A DNA stretch of 64,000 nt. It comes from a virus (Duplodnaviria; Heunggongvirae; Uroviricota; Caudoviricetes). Within the stretch, counting starts at the first letter, position 1. Every line of letters begins with the position of its first letter. Both the position numbers and the translations under genes were made by a program. The stretch spans positions 21,267 to 85,266 of the IMG/VR virus record IMGVR_UViG_3300037510_000012. One strand, written 5' to 3'. The notes under the pieces were generated by a model. The model was not told the DNA's origin, ran no database searches, and saw nothing but the letters and a program-made list of their open reading frames with translations. Shown here piece by piece: positions 1 through 10,330 of the stretch.

Positions 1-231
1 TGTAAGCGAAAGGGATACAATCTCTGTGTCGGACACAACCCAGGCCGTGACCTCGGTGCGACAATTGCGGCGGGTTTGCACAGAAAGGATATCCTCTGGG
101 CTTCCTATGAAGAAGGTATTGTTTATCCAGGATTGGCAAAGGATGCCGGTGACATGACGGACACTGAAATCCGTCAGTGCCTCAAGAATGCAGTTCCAAA
201 CTTCGTATATGAGGGTTGGCAAGTGTACTGA
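1..231 (+). CDS. 3' end of an upstream gene (partial), hypothetical
   Basis: Open frame from base 1 to the TGA at 229-231; no start in the window. Confidence 0.4.
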   Translation, partial: CKRKGYNLCVGHNPGRDLGATIAAGLHRKDILWASYEEGIVYPGLAKDAGDMTDTEIRQCLKNAVPNFVYEGWQVY

Positions 232-260
232 GGTACGGGAGGAACTTTCCTCCCAAGCTT

Positions 261-288
261 GCCTTTGCGAGAGCGAAGGTGGTACAAT
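261..288 (+). promoter_or_regulatory. sigma70-like promoter, -35 TTGCCT, -10 TACAAT (extended TGGTACAAT)
   Basis: TTGCCT-N16-TACAAT; the same GTGGTACAAT motif recurs at 18218-18227. Confidence 0.45.
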
Positions 289-343
289 AGTAGTTAGTAG
301 CCTCGGTAGTAGGCTCGAATATACATAGGAGATTACAAAACAA

Positions 344-1045
344 ATGGCAAAGGTTATTAAGGGACTCGCGTCCATTCAGGCAAACCAGAAGGCGCAGCAG
401 GAGCGTGCTGAGGCAGGTAACCGTCCTAAGGCGGAGTGGTTCAAGTTTCCGAAGGGTCAGTCTAATGTGACTGTTCGTTTCCTTCAGGAGCTTGATTCTG
501 GAATGGAGGGATACCGCGAGGACCGTGGAATCGGCTTTATTGCGACTGAGCACAATGCCCCTGGCCCTGATGGCTGGAAGCGTCGTGGTATGTGTACCAT
601 TGACGATGGAGCGTGCTACGCTTGTGAGCGTCACAAGTTGGACTACAAGGCTGGTTGGAGGCAGAAGCAGAACCTTTACATCAACGTTCTCGCTGACCTT
701 GGCGATGGACCTAAGGTTTACATTCTGACTCGTAACGGTAATTCTGCCTTTACTCAGTCTCTCATTGAAGAGGCTGTTCTTGAGGGTAGCATTACGAACG
801 CAAACTTCCGTATCACCAAGACTGGTGAGGGAACTTCCACGCAGTGGCTTCTTCGCCGTATGCGTGATGACCTGCTTGACGACAGCAAGGTTGAGGTCTG
901 GGACCTTGACAAGACTGCTGTGCGTGAGGTAGAGTACGAGAAGCAGCCGGAATACTACGGTGCTGTTGCCGACGAAGGCGATGCACCTGCGGTTTCTACG
1001 ACTAAGGCTTCTCCTTCCGTCAGCTCTGCTGACGACGAGTGGTGA
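344..1045 (+). CDS. hypothetical protein, possibly a gp32-like ssDNA-binding protein (CxxC/H zinc motif plus acidic C-terminal tail)
   Basis: ORF track; RBS GGAGAT upstream; CYACERH motif; acidic C-terminus SSADDEW; sits next to replication genes. Confidence 0.6.
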   Translation: MAKVIKGLASIQANQKAQQERAEAGNRPKAEWFKFPKGQSNVTVRFLQELDSGMEGYREDRGIGFIATEHNAPGPDGWKRRGMCTIDDGACYACERHKLDYKAGWRQKQNLYINVLADLGDGPKVYILTRNGNSAFTQSLIEEAVLEGSITNANFRITKTGEGTSTQWLLRRMRDDLLDDSKVEVWDLDKTAVREVEYEKQPEYYGAVADEGDAPAVSTTKASPSVSSADDEW

Positions 1046-1104
1046 TGTGATTTGGCTGGAACCCCCGCTGTTGATTCGGCGGGGGTTCTTTGCTATGATA
1101 AAGC

Positions 1105-1401
1105 ATGTACGAATTTTCAGAAGAGTATAAGAGATACATCGAGAGCGACCGATGGAAGCTTGTGTGTGCTAGATACTGGGCGAAGTTTGGCAGAAAGTGT
1201 CAAGCGTGTGGCTCAAGACAAAATCTGCACGTCCACCATAATACCTATGACAGATTCGGTCGGGAACGATTGTCAGACCTCACAGGAGTTTGTCAGCCAT
1301 GCCATAGAGCTATCCATGCGATTCATCGGCGGGATAGACGAAAGAGCCTCAGGTCTGTTACACTAAGCTTCGTAAACAAGAAGAGAATAAGTCGTCTGTG
1401 A
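1105..1401 (+). CDS. HNH endonuclease
   Basis: CQACGS...HVHH...CQPCH, the HNH Cys/His spacing. Confidence 0.6.
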   Translation: MYEFSEEYKRYIESDRWKLVCARYWAKFGRKCQACGSRQNLHVHHNTYDRFGRERLSDLTGVCQPCHRAIHAIHRRDRRKSLRSVTLSFVNKKRISRL

Positions 1402-1445
1402 CCCATAAGCCTATAAGCGTCACAGATTCATGAAAGGAAAAGGCT

Positions 1446-4400
1446 TTGGCATATACTGAACTACATTTGCACGACTACTATTCAACTCTGGATGGTCTTA
1501 ACTCTCCAGAGGAATACATGCAGCGCGCGAAAGAGCTGGGAATGACCCACCTTGCGCAGACTAATCACGGTACCCTTCTTGGTCACCGTGAATTCCAGAA
1601 GGCTGCCAATAACGCTGGAATCATTCCAATCCTTGGCGTTGAGGCGTACATTTCGCCAACCGACCGGTTTGACCGACGAGCCAAGGCTAAGCGTACTGAC
1701 GGTACAAACGTCTATAACCACCTTATCATTGTCTCTCAGAATGAGACTGGTTTGAAGACTCTTCAGACTCTCAATGAGAAGGCATGGATGGAAGGCTTCT
1801 ATAACAAGCCTCGTATCGATATGGAACTTCTTGAAGAGCACAACGAGGGTCTTATCGTTCTTTCTGGTTGTCTCAACTCGATGCTTTGTAAGGCGATTGA
1901 GGCAGGTAATTACGAAGAGGCTGAGCGTATTGCTCTGGAGTTCAAGCGTATTCTTGGTGACCGCTTCTACATTGAGGTGCAGGCTCACAACCCTGTGAAG
2001 ATGAATGAGGCTCTGTTCAAGATTGCTGACGACAATGGTATCAAGCCGGTCGTTACATCTGACTGTCACTATGCCCGTAAGGAAGACCTTTGGATTGAAG
2101 AGGCAATGCTTATTCTCTCGACCAATCCGAAGTTCAGCAAGGAGTACGACTTTAGCAAGTCTCAGAAGATGGACATGCTTGAGCGCTTCAATTACCTCTA
2201 TCCTGACCGTACCATGACGTTTGAGGAAATCCAGATTTACCTCAAGTCTGCTGAAGAGCAGCTTAATGATTTCCGAAGCCATGGATTCGACCGCGAGGAT
2301 ATCGTCAAGAACACTGAGGAAATTGCTTCTCGAATTGAGGAGTATCCTTTCCATCAGAACCTTGACCTTCTTCCGAAGCCTAAGAACGGTAACCCTGACG
2401 ACCTTCTGGAAAAGAAGGCGCGGGCGGGTCTGCGTAATCGTGGTTTGGACAAGAATCCAGAATACGTAGAGCGACTTGAGGAAGAGCTGGAGATTATCAA
2501 GTCTAAGGACTTCTCCACGTACTTTCTTGTTGTGGCGAATATGATTAAGTGGGCAAAGGACCAGGGAATTCTTGTTGGCCCCGGTCGTGGTTCTGGTGCT
2601 GGTTCTCTCGTGAACTACGCTCTCGGAATCACAGAGGTTGACCCAATTAAGTGGGGCTTGCTGTTCTTCCGCTTTATCAACCCTGAACGAAATGACTTCC
2701 CTGACATTGACACCGACTTTGAGGACCGTAGGCGTAACGAGATTAAGGACTACCTTACCAGGAAGTTCACTCATGTTGCATCTATTGCCACTGTAGGTTA
2801 CTTCAAGGATAAGGGTGTCGTTCGTGATGCTGCACGAGTTTTCAGAATTGACCCTAAGGAAACCGATGAGGCTCTGAAGACGATTGCAACATTTGAGGAA
2901 TACCAGACTTCATCTGCTACTGAGGAGTATCGTAAGAAGTATCCTGAGGTAGAGAAGTTGGCGAACGAGCTTCGTGGTCGTATTCGTCAGACTGGTATGC
3001 ACGCGGCCGGTATTGTAATCTCTAAGGAGCCTATTGCAAAGTATGCTCCAATTGAGACTGCTGCCGACCCTAAGGACAAGACAGCACCTAGGCGTGCGCT
3101 TGTTGCTTTGGACATGAATGAGGCTGCTGACCTTGGCCTGATTAAGTTGGATGCCCTTGGCCTTAAGACGCTTTCCGTTATGGGTGACGCAATCAAGATG
3201 ATTGAGAAGCGACACAATAGGAAGATTGTTCTTACTGACATTCCTCTTGAGGACCCAAAGGTTTACAACATGATTTCGGCTGGTCACACAAAGGGAGTCT
3301 TCCAGTGTGAAGCAACTCCGTATACTGGACTCATCATGAACATGGGTGGTGTTAATTCATTCGCTGAACTTGCTGCGTCTAACGCTCTTGTTCGGCCGGG
3401 TGCTATGAATACCATCGGTGCAGAGTATATTGCTCGTAAGAATGGCGAATCAGTCGTCACGTATCCACACGAGGATATGCGATGGTTCACTGAAGAGACG
3501 TATGGCGAGATTCTTTATCAGGAGCAGGTCATGCTTACCATGACTGAGCTTGCCGGAATGTCTATGGCAACTGCTGATAAGGTTCGAAAGATTATCGGTA
3601 AGAAGAAGGACGCTCGTGAATTCGACGCTTATCGTGACGAGTTTATTGAGGGTGCTTCAAAGAAGGTTTCAAAGGCTGTGGCTGAAAAGCTGTGGCACGA
3701 CTTTGAGGCTCACGCGGGTTACTCTTTCAACAAGAGTCACGCTGTTGCTTACTCGATGATTTCTTACTGGACTGCATGGCTGAAGACGTACTATCCTGTC
3801 GAGTTCATTTATGCTATGATGAAGAACGAAAACGACAAGGACGTTCGTACGACATACCTCATTGAGGCTAAGCGTATCGGCGTCAAGGTCAAGTTGCCTC
3901 ACGTCAATCACTCTGAACTTGACTTCTCTGTTGAGGACGATGGTATCAGATTCGGTCTTGCCAACATCAAGTTTATTTCTGACAACCTCGGAAAGAAGTT
4001 GATTGATGCTAGGCCGTATGAGAATTACGCAGCGCTTGAGGCAAAGGTCATGGAGAAGGGCAACGGACTGAACATCCGAGTGCTCAAGTCTCTGAACGCA
4101 ATTGGTGCAGCAACGTTCGTTGACAATCCAAAGCGTGGGGATGAACGGCATTTCTTCTACGAATACCTTAGCATCCCAGCGTTTGAAATTCCTGACATGC
4201 CACCGGGTGTTAATCAGCAGTTTACTCCACTCAGTGAATTCCGTGAAGATGGAAATAGCATCATCATGGGAATGGTCAAGAATGTAAAGCGCGGAAGTGG
4301 CTGGTCTCGAATTGAAGTTGTTGATGAAACTGGTGAGGCTTCGTTCTTCCACAAGGAAGACACGCTTATCGCTCCAGGCAATATGTATGCAATGCTTATC

Positions 4401-4736
4401 GCCAACAAGAGACTGGCACGATATGTAGAAATCAGCGATTTTGTCCGGGGTTCTAGTAACACATTCGTAAGATTCGTGTATACAAAGCATTTCACAACGT
4501 TGACCGATGGATTCTACTACGTTGTTTCCAATCAGACTCGAAAGACGAAGGCTGGAAAGAATATGGCAGACCTGGTGCTTGCGGATGCTGATAAGAACCT
4601 GTACTCTGTACTAGTGTTCCCACAGATGTTCCACAAGGCATACGGATTCTGTAAGGAAGGTGCCATTGTTGAGGCGACTATCAAGAAGACTCAGGATGGA
4701 GACAGCTACTTCCTTGACGAAGTAATTCCGCGTTGA
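1446..4736 (+). CDS. dnaE: DNA polymerase III alpha subunit (DnaE-like, with N-terminal PHP domain)
   Basis: 1096 aa; N-terminal HLHDYYS..DG PHP motif; finger region ~GxGRGSGAGSLV; TTG start after RBS AAAGGAAAAGG. Confidence 0.9.
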   Translation: MAYTELHLHDYYSTLDGLNSPEEYMQRAKELGMTHLAQTNHGTLLGHREFQKAANNAGIIPILGVEAYISPTDRFDRRAKAKRTDGTNVYNHLIIVSQNETGLKTLQTLNEKAWMEGFYNKPRIDMELLEEHNEGLIVLSGCLNSMLCKAIEAGNYEEAERIALEFKRILGDRFYIEVQAHNPVKMNEALFKIADDNGIKPVVTSDCHYARKEDLWIEEAMLILSTNPKFSKEYDFSKSQKMDMLERFNYLYPDRTMTFEEIQIYLKSAEEQLNDFRSHGFDREDIVKNTEEIASRIEEYPFHQNLDLLPKPKNGNPDDLLEKKARAGLRNRGLDKNPEYVERLEEELEIIKSKDFSTYFLVVANMIKWAKDQGILVGPGRGSGAGSLVNYALGITEVDPIKWGLLFFRFINPERNDFPDIDTDFEDRRRNEIKDYLTRKFTHVASIATVGYFKDKGVVRDAARVFRIDPKETDEALKTIATFEEYQTSSATEEYRKKYPEVEKLANELRGRIRQTGMHAAGIVISKEPIAKYAPIETAADPKDKTAPRRALVALDMNEAADLGLIKLDALGLKTLSVMGDAIKMIEKRHNRKIVLTDIPLEDPKVYNMISAGHTKGVFQCEATPYTGLIMNMGGVNSFAELAASNALVRPGAMNTIGAEYIARKNGESVVTYPHEDMRWFTEETYGEILYQEQVMLTMTELAGMSMATADKVRKIIGKKKDAREFDAYRDEFIEGASKKVSKAVAEKLWHDFEAHAGYSFNKSHAVAYSMISYWTAWLKTYYPVEFIYAMMKNENDKDVRTTYLIEAKRIGVKVKLPHVNHSELDFSVEDDGIRFGLANIKFISDNLGKKLIDARPYENYAALEAKVMEKGNGLNIRVLKSLNAIGAATFVDNPKRGDERHFFYEYLSIPAFEIPDMPPGVNQQFTPLSEFREDGNSIIMGMVKNVKRGSGWSRIEVVDETGEASFFHKEDTLIAPGNMYAMLIANKRLARYVEISDFVRGSSNTFVRFVYTKHFTTLTDGFYYVVSNQTRKTKAGKNMADLVLADADKNLYSVLVFPQMFHKAYGFCKEGAIVEATIKKTQDGDSYFLDEVIPR

Positions 4737-4740
4737 CGGG

Positions 4741-4764
4741 GCGGCCCTTCGGGGCCGCAAGCTT
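4741..4764 (+). repeat. hairpin-CAAGCTT intergenic element (representative copy)
   Basis: GCGGCCC-TTCG-GGGCCGC followed by AAGCTT, then TAAGGAGG and ATG 4782. Confidence 0.8.
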
Positions 4765-4781
4765 TTCTTGTAAGGAGGAAT

Positions 4782-4973
4782 ATGGCTGAGGAGCCTACAC
4801 AAATTGACCTTGCTCCATTTCTCGCGGCGGTAGTTGAAGAGGCTGGTGGGGAAGTAAGGATTCCATATGATGTATTCAGGAATCAGGTTGGCAGTAAGGC
4901 AATTGCGATTGATATTGAAGATGATGGTGCAACCATCGTTCTAAGTCTAGTTGAGGAGATTCCAAGTGAGTGA
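4782..4973 (+). CDS. hypothetical small acidic protein
   Basis: ORF track; RBS TAAGGAGG 8 nt upstream; follows a hairpin-AAGCTT element. Confidence 0.55.
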   Translation: MAEEPTQIDLAPFLAAVVEEAGGEVRIPYDVFRNQVGSKAIAIDIEDDGATIVLSLVEEIPSE

Positions 4974-5322
4974 TTACAGCATGTCAATGAATCAGTATCA
5001 GGACTATACCCTTGATACTGCAATGTATCCTGGTGCGGGTGAGGGTGACCTTCAGGCCATCCTTTATACTACGCTAGGTCTGGCCGGTGAGGCTGGAGAA
5101 ATTCCTAACAAGGTAAAGAAGATTCTCCGGGATGATAATGGTGTCCTGAGTGAAGAGAAGCGTAAGGCAATTCTTGACGAGATTGGCGACGTGCTGTGGT
5201 ACACTGCTCGACTGGCTCATGAATTGGGAGCGAGGCTTGGTGACATTGCTGAGGCAAATGTTGACAAGTTGGAGGACCGAGCAAATCGCGGGGTTATCCA
5301 GGGTAGTGGAGACTACCGCTAA
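4966..5322 (+). CDS. mazG: MazG-like nucleoside triphosphate pyrophosphohydrolase
   Basis: EAGE....IGDVLWYTARLA MazG core; GTG start 7 nt after GAGGAG (track ORF begins at TTG 4951). Confidence 0.7.
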   Translation: MSDYSMSMNQYQDYTLDTAMYPGAGEGDLQAILYTTLGLAGEAGEIPNKVKKILRDDNGVLSEEKRKAILDEIGDVLWYTARLAHELGARLGDIAEANVDKLEDRANRGVIQGSGDYR

Positions 5323-5339
5323 CCTGGTATAATCATAGT

Positions 5340-5540
5340 ATGATGAACGGCTACTTCCTCAGGGGAATCACAGAAGATAACATTTTGGTGTTCCGAAGTG
5401 ATGACCCTGAGGAGCTTCTGCGAATTATTAGGCGACTTTGCGCTAGCCGCGACAAACAAATAAGAGCGCTCGCACAGCAACTAGAAATCGACTGGAATAG
5501 TCGAGAAAATACAAGAAAAGGTAATAATCGTAACAGATGA
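5340..5540 (+). CDS. hypothetical protein
   Basis: ORF track only. Confidence 0.4.
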   Translation: MMNGYFLRGITEDNILVFRSDDPEELLRIIRRLCASRDKQIRALAQQLEIDWNSRENTRKGNNRNR

Positions 5541-6559
5541 GTTTTGAAGATTTCATGTCGAAATTGGACCCAAAGACGGCTAAGCGTCTTCAGGTTGCGC
5601 AGGAGATTGAGACTAAGCAGCTCCCTCTTGCGAGCATTGGTCTAACACACGCTCTGAATGGAGGAATCGGAACCGGCCGGGTTTCTACCTTCTACGGTAA
5701 TCAGAGTAGTGGTAAGTCCCTAGTTCTCATGCAGACAATTGGTTTGCTACAGAAGTTGGGTTATGTTTGCGTATATGCAGATGCAGAGGGTACCTACACA
5801 AAGGAATTCGGTAAGCGTCTCGGTATCAACAATGAAGAGTTGATTTATGTACGCAAGAAGTCTACTGGTGCAATGACTGACAGCATCATTCCTTATATTG
5901 AGGCTGGTGTTGACTTCATGGTCATTGACAGTATCAGTGACTTGCTTCCTGAGGTTTTCGTTGGAACTGATGGAAATGTAAAGGAGTTTGCTGACATGAA
6001 GCAGATTGGTGCTCACGCCAAGTCTATTACTGCCATGCTCAATGCAATTCACTATGCCAACGAAAAGACAGCGGTTGCAATGGTGAGCCAGACAACCACA
6101 AAGATTGAGGCAGCATACGTGCAGCAGGTTCCACACGGTGGGCAGAAGGTTCTATTTGGGTCTTCTCAAATTGTGAAGTTGACCTCAAGCAATACAGATG
6201 CAAAGCAGATTAAGGGTATGGTTCAGCAGGGTGATAGGCTAGTGGAAAAGCCTATTGGTCGTAGAGTTGACCTAATTGTTGAAAAGAACAAGTTGGGTCC
6301 TCAGCATCGTCGTTGTGCATACGATATGTATTACGATGGTCCCCAGGTCGGTGTAGACCTTGCTGGTGAGGTATTTGACCTTGCCGTTGATTTTGGTATC
6401 GTAAACAAGTCAGGCGCATGGTTCAATTACAATGACAAGACTGTTTATACACAGGGTCGTCCAGCCTTCCTTGAGGAGATTAAGCGAGATGATGAATTGT
6501 ACTCACAGTTGAAGAAGGAGGTCAACATCGCCCTGAATGGTGGTGTGATTGACGAGTGA
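5537..6559 (+). CDS. RecA/UvsX-like recombinase (P-loop ATPase)
   Basis: Walker A GNQSSGKS; YADAEGTYTKEFGKRLGI matches RecA FIDAEHALDPIYARKLGV; Walker B MVIDSIS. Confidence 0.8.
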   Translation: MSFEDFMSKLDPKTAKRLQVAQEIETKQLPLASIGLTHALNGGIGTGRVSTFYGNQSSGKSLVLMQTIGLLQKLGYVCVYADAEGTYTKEFGKRLGINNEELIYVRKKSTGAMTDSIIPYIEAGVDFMVIDSISDLLPEVFVGTDGNVKEFADMKQIGAHAKSITAMLNAIHYANEKTAVAMVSQTTTKIEAAYVQQVPHGGQKVLFGSSQIVKLTSSNTDAKQIKGMVQQGDRLVEKPIGRRVDLIVEKNKLGPQHRRCAYDMYYDGPQVGVDLAGEVFDLAVDFGIVNKSGAWFNYNDKTVYTQGRPAFLEEIKRDDELYSQLKKEVNIALNGGVIDE

Positions 6560-6747
6560 AATTCGGAGACTTTGTTGCTCAAAGTCAAGAGGCTGACAAG
6601 CCAGAAGGAATGCCTGTAGAAGGCGGATTCAGTTGCCAGACTTGCTATGAGCAGGTTGACGTTGCGGAGTATTTCCGCATTGAGAAAATTTTGAAGTGGA
6701 AGTGTTCGGAGGGACACATTTCCTATGTTGAGGAATTTGTTCTCTGA
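6556..6747 (+). CDS. zinc-ribbon protein
   Basis: CQTC...CSEGH; GTG start overlaps the upstream stop. Confidence 0.45.
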   Translation: MKFGDFVAQSQEADKPEGMPVEGGFSCQTCYEQVDVAEYFRIEKILKWKCSEGHISYVEEFVL

Positions 6748-6859
6748 GATTGTAGAGAACGTAAGTCTATTTCTCGGCGGTATGCTTTTGGGGGTGGCTT
6801 TGGGAATCATTGCCACCCTCATTGGCGTTACGGCTTATATGAATAAGGATAAAAATTAA

Positions 6860-7087
6860 ATGTGGTGGTCATGGATTTTGACCGCTGTCGGTGTGACAGG
6901 TCTGTATTTTGCAGGCAAGAACAATAAGATTGGTTGGGCCATCGGCATCTTTGCTCAGACCTTGTGGACAGCCTACGCTCTGACGACAGAGCAGTATGGA
7001 TTCCTGGTCTCAGCTTTTGCCTACGGCTGGGTTTATGTGAAGAACTACCTTGCATGGAGGAAAATTGAGCGAAGCGGAAGAGATTAA
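6860..7087 (+). CDS. small membrane protein
   Basis: Two hydrophobic helices. Confidence 0.5.
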   Translation: MWWSWILTAVGVTGLYFAGKNNKIGWAIGIFAQTLWTAYALTTEQYGFLVSAFAYGWVYVKNYLAWRKIERSGRD

Positions 7088-7373
7088 GCGAGACGGTGCC
7101 ACGCCAGTTAAGAATTCTGGGCGGGGTATGCACAAGGGTGATGCAATTCTTGAGCCGTTTCTGGTAGACTATAAGGAATACAGCAAGTCCTTTGGCGTGA
7201 CTCAGGAGATGTGGGCAAAGATTTCTACAGATTCCATTAAGAATGGACGTAGGCAGCCTGCACTAAAGTTGGTCATCGGTAAGGAAGGCGAGGTTCGTAC
7301 CCGTCTTTGGGTTATCGGTGACAAGATGTTCCATGAGATGCTAGAGGCATGGAAGGAAAAGTATGACGTGTGA
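7050..7373 (+). CDS. hypothetical protein
   Basis: ORF track; an alternative TTG start after GGAGG at ~7064 is possible. Confidence 0.45.
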   Translation: MHGGKLSEAEEIKRDGATPVKNSGRGMHKGDAILEPFLVDYKEYSKSFGVTQEMWAKISTDSIKNGRRQPALKLVIGKEGEVRTRLWVIGDKMFHEMLEAWKEKYDV

Positions 7374-7566
7374 ATATGAAGATGGCTGCTGTGACACATG
7401 CGACGGAAAGGGAACATCGAATGATGCCCAAACGAGTGGCAAGTGTTGGGATTGCAGAGGGACAGGTCACGTTCATGTAATCGTGGAGGTCAGAGGAGTA
7501 ATTACAGCAGACCAAATCAATCGTGAGATTGGTAGAATGATTCAACAGAGTTCGAGGTTTAGGTGA
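7363..7566 (+). CDS. Cys-rich protein with DnaJ-type zinc-finger repeats (CxxCxGxG)
   Basis: CDTCDGKG ... CWDCRGTG. Confidence 0.5.
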   Translation: MTCEYEDGCCDTCDGKGTSNDAQTSGKCWDCRGTGHVHVIVEVRGVITADQINREIGRMIQQSSRFR

Positions 7567-7892
7567 CAGACGAGAATCCACTAGAGACTGTCTCTGTTCT
7601 AACAGAGTTCAATGATTTGACTGAGTTCATGCAGGACGAGCAACTAGACCGTGCTCTTGAACTTGCCATCAAATGTATCGCGCAACCAGATATTGCTGCG
7701 GTAAAGGCTCCACGACTAATTGTTGAGCTTCAGGCAATTTCGTTCAAGTTCGCTGTGAAGGCTGTTGAGTACGCGACCATTAAGAAGGACCGGGCGGGTA
7801 CAGATAACAACCATCGCAAGAACGTTTATTACTCAACCAAGGAAGCACTAGACCGCTTGGTAGATGCATTGAAGTATGCCGCTAGGGCATAA
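7563..7892 (+). CDS. hypothetical protein
   Basis: ORF track; GTG start. Confidence 0.5.
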   Translation: MTDENPLETVSVLTEFNDLTEFMQDEQLDRALELAIKCIAQPDIAAVKAPRLIVELQAISFKFAVKAVEYATIKKDRAGTDNNHRKNVYYSTKEALDRLVDALKYAARA

Positions 7893-7953
7893 ACTAGTCA
7901 ACCAAGATTTCATGTGTTACAATGGTTACATAATAAACAATGATTGGAATTAA

Positions 7954-8736
7954 ATGAAGCGAGAGATTATTCAGGGTCTCAAGTTTCGTAAGCAGCCCGA
8001 GGGTTTCGATGCTAATGAGCTTTCCGAAATCCTTGAGGCTGCTTATCTGAAGCAGCGACGCCCTAACAAGCATACACAGAAGAAGACATTTTCACCTAGC
8101 ACTATCGGATATGGGCATGGCACATGCCCACGATATTGGTTCCTTGCCTTTACGGGCGGGATGTTTATTGACCAGGTAGATGCTCTAGGAATTGCCAACA
8201 TGTCCAATGGTACTCAGGCTCACGAACGTATTGAGAAGTTGTTTGATGACTCTGGGATTCGCCTAGGAAATGAGATTGAAATTACGATGGACAGCCCGCC
8301 TATTCGCGGGTTTGCTGACGTAGAAATCAATTGGAAGGGTGAAGAGGTAATTGGTGAAATCAAGACAACACGTCAGGAATCGTTCCTTGTACGTCAGTCT
8401 ACGATGAAGCCTACAGCCAATCACCTATTCCAAATTCTCATTTATATGAAGGCTAGGAATCGAAAGATGGGCTTTCTGTTGTATGAGAATAAGAATTCAC
8501 AGGAATTCCTCATTCTTCCTATTGAGATGAATGAACAGAACGAGAAGATTGTCAATAATGCACTTGAGTGGATGAGAGAGACATACAAGGCATATACAGA
8601 AGGCAATGTTCCAAACAGACCACTACAGAAGCGCAGCAAGATTTGTAAGGGCTGCCCATTCTATGATTGGTGCTGGAGTGACGATTCTCCTGAGGGAAAG
8701 ATTGATATTCCTGTAATGGAGGTTCCAAAGATTTGA
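7954..8736 (+). CDS. Cas4/RecB-like PD-(D/E)XK exonuclease with Fe-S cysteines
   Basis: N-terminal CPRYWF; C-terminal CKGCPFYDWCW four-Cys cluster; nuclease core D..EIK. Confidence 0.7.
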   Translation: MKREIIQGLKFRKQPEGFDANELSEILEAAYLKQRRPNKHTQKKTFSPSTIGYGHGTCPRYWFLAFTGGMFIDQVDALGIANMSNGTQAHERIEKLFDDSGIRLGNEIEITMDSPPIRGFADVEINWKGEEVIGEIKTTRQESFLVRQSTMKPTANHLFQILIYMKARNRKMGFLLYENKNSQEFLILPIEMNEQNEKIVNNALEWMRETYKAYTEGNVPNRPLQKRSKICKGCPFYDWCWSDDSPEGKIDIPVMEVPKI

Positions 8737-9014
8737 TTACGTGTGCATACGCTGAGTGTGGTCGTTTGTTTGAGGCAAAGACGCATAATCAGCGTTATTG
8801 TTCAGACGAATGTTGCCGAAAGGCGACCAACGCTCGTTTGATGGAGCAATACTACGAAAAGAAGGCTCGTAGACAGGGCCACATTCGTGTATGCAAGAAT
8901 GCTGACTGTAATACAAGACTGTCCAGATACAATGACAGTAATGAATGTCAGCGTTGTGCTTCGGCCAAGGAAACTGAGCGCCGTAAGCAGTTGCTTAATC
9001 TAGTAGGAATTTAA
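8733..9014 (+). CDS. zinc-finger protein
   Basis: Several CxxC pairs. Confidence 0.5.
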   Translation: MITCAYAECGRLFEAKTHNQRYCSDECCRKATNARLMEQYYEKKARRQGHIRVCKNADCNTRLSRYNDSNECQRCASAKETERRKQLLNLVGI

Positions 9015-9601
9015 TGTCACTTGTAGACCTAAAGAAAACTAAGGCGAGTAGGGTCATGGGCATTGACTGCTCGACTCACTCGCTTGCTTTTACCATCTTC
9101 TTCAATAGACGTCCCATCAAGTGGGGCAAGATTAATTTCGAAGGCGCTGACGTTTTTGACAGGCTGGAGGATGCAGCAAATAAGCTGCGGGCAGTCAAGG
9201 ACGAGTTTGATGTTGACTACATCGCTTTTGAGAGTGCCATCTTGGCTAGGACCAAGAACGCAGACGTGACAATCAAGTTGGCTATGGTGTATGGTGCTTG
9301 TATCGCAGAGCTTATGCGTAAGGGTGTCAAGGTCGTAACAGTCAAGCCCTTGACATGGCAGTCGTACATCGGTAATCCTAACTTCAAGCCAGCAGAGAAG
9401 CTAGCTCTGAAGAAGGAGTTCCCAGACAAGTCAGCTTCGTGGTACTCTACAAAAATCAGAGAGCTTCGAAAGCAGAAGACGATGGACTACTTCAATAAGA
9501 AGTGGCCGCACATGGAGCTAACAGATAATGATGTTGGTGACAGCGCGGGAATTGCCTATTACGCCTACTACAGTCTAACGACTCGTGGTAAGGTGGACTA
9601 A
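9014..9601 (+). CDS. RuvC-like Holliday-junction resolvase (possible)
   Basis: N-terminal MGIDCS resembles the RuvC/A22 GIDxG motif; sits among recombination genes. Confidence 0.5.
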   Translation: MSLVDLKKTKASRVMGIDCSTHSLAFTIFFNRRPIKWGKINFEGADVFDRLEDAANKLRAVKDEFDVDYIAFESAILARTKNADVTIKLAMVYGACIAELMRKGVKVVTVKPLTWQSYIGNPNFKPAEKLALKKEFPDKSASWYSTKIRELRKQKTMDYFNKKWPHMELTDNDVGDSAGIAYYAYYSLTTRGKVD

Positions 9602-9635
9602 GGCGCAGGGCTTCGGCCCAAGCTTAGGAGGAGAA

Positions 9636-9845
9636 ATGTCAGAATACATGGATTGTGATGCATGTGATTGGGTTGACATTGGGGTAGGAATGCAAATGGT
9701 TCGTCCTGACCATTTCTGCCGGGTTAAGAGTCATCGAATCGATGCTTATGCATACTATGATGAACTACGTGGTCAAGAACTTGTTGATGCAGTTGAGGAA
9801 AATTGGCCACCATTTTGGGACCCTGAGGCGGTGAGTGTAGATTGA
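9636..9845 (+). CDS. hypothetical protein
   Basis: ATG 10 nt after AGGAGGAG, directly downstream of the hairpin-AAGCTT at 9607-9625 (track ORF 9585 extends through the motif). Confidence 0.5.
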   Translation: MSEYMDCDACDWVDIGVGMQMVRPDHFCRVKSHRIDAYAYYDELRGQELVDAVEENWPPFWDPEAVSVD

Positions 9846-10330
9846 AGGTAGGAATTACTGGACATAGACCAGAGCGTCTTGAGGACCATGAAGATGCTGT
9901 TAAAGAGCTTATATCAGAAGCACTTCAGCAATTGAATGCCACCCGTCTTTATCAGGGAATGGCTGCTGGTGTTGACCTTTGGTCTGCTAAAGAAGCATGG
10001 AAGCTAAAGATTCCTTATGCTGCCGTGAAGCCTTGGGCTGGACATAAGCCAAGAGTAGCAGACCGTATTGAGTATGCTAAGGTTCTTAAGCACGCTACCG
10101 CAATTATTGATGTTGACCCATCAATCGAATACCCAGGAGCTTGGGTATACAACAAGCGAAATGAATTTATTGTTGATGAGGTGGGCACGATGATTGCCGT
10201 TTGGGATGGAAAGCCATACGGAGGTACATACAACTGCATCGAATACGCGTGGAAGAAGGCAATCCCAGTTTTGAGGATTGACCCTGAAGAAAGGGTTATT
10301 GAATATGTCAGCGAAGAAGTACCTTTCTAA
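9842..10330 (+). CDS. SLOG/DUF2493-like Rossmann-fold protein (DprA/Smf-related)
   Basis: MKVGITGHR N-terminus is typical of the phage DUF2493/YpsA SLOG family. Confidence 0.5.
   Translation: MKVGITGHRPERLEDHEDAVKELISEALQQLNATRLYQGMAAGVDLWSAKEAWKLKIPYAAVKPWAGHKPRVADRIEYAKVLKHATAIIDVDPSIEYPGAWVYNKRNEFIVDEVGTMIAVWDGKPYGGTYNCIEYAWKKAIPVLRIDPEERVIEYVSEEVPF

Noticed and set aside
1482-2774. 430-aa minus-strand ORF
   Set aside because: Lies entirely antisense to the clear DnaE gene; there is no RBS, and all convincing genes are on the + strand
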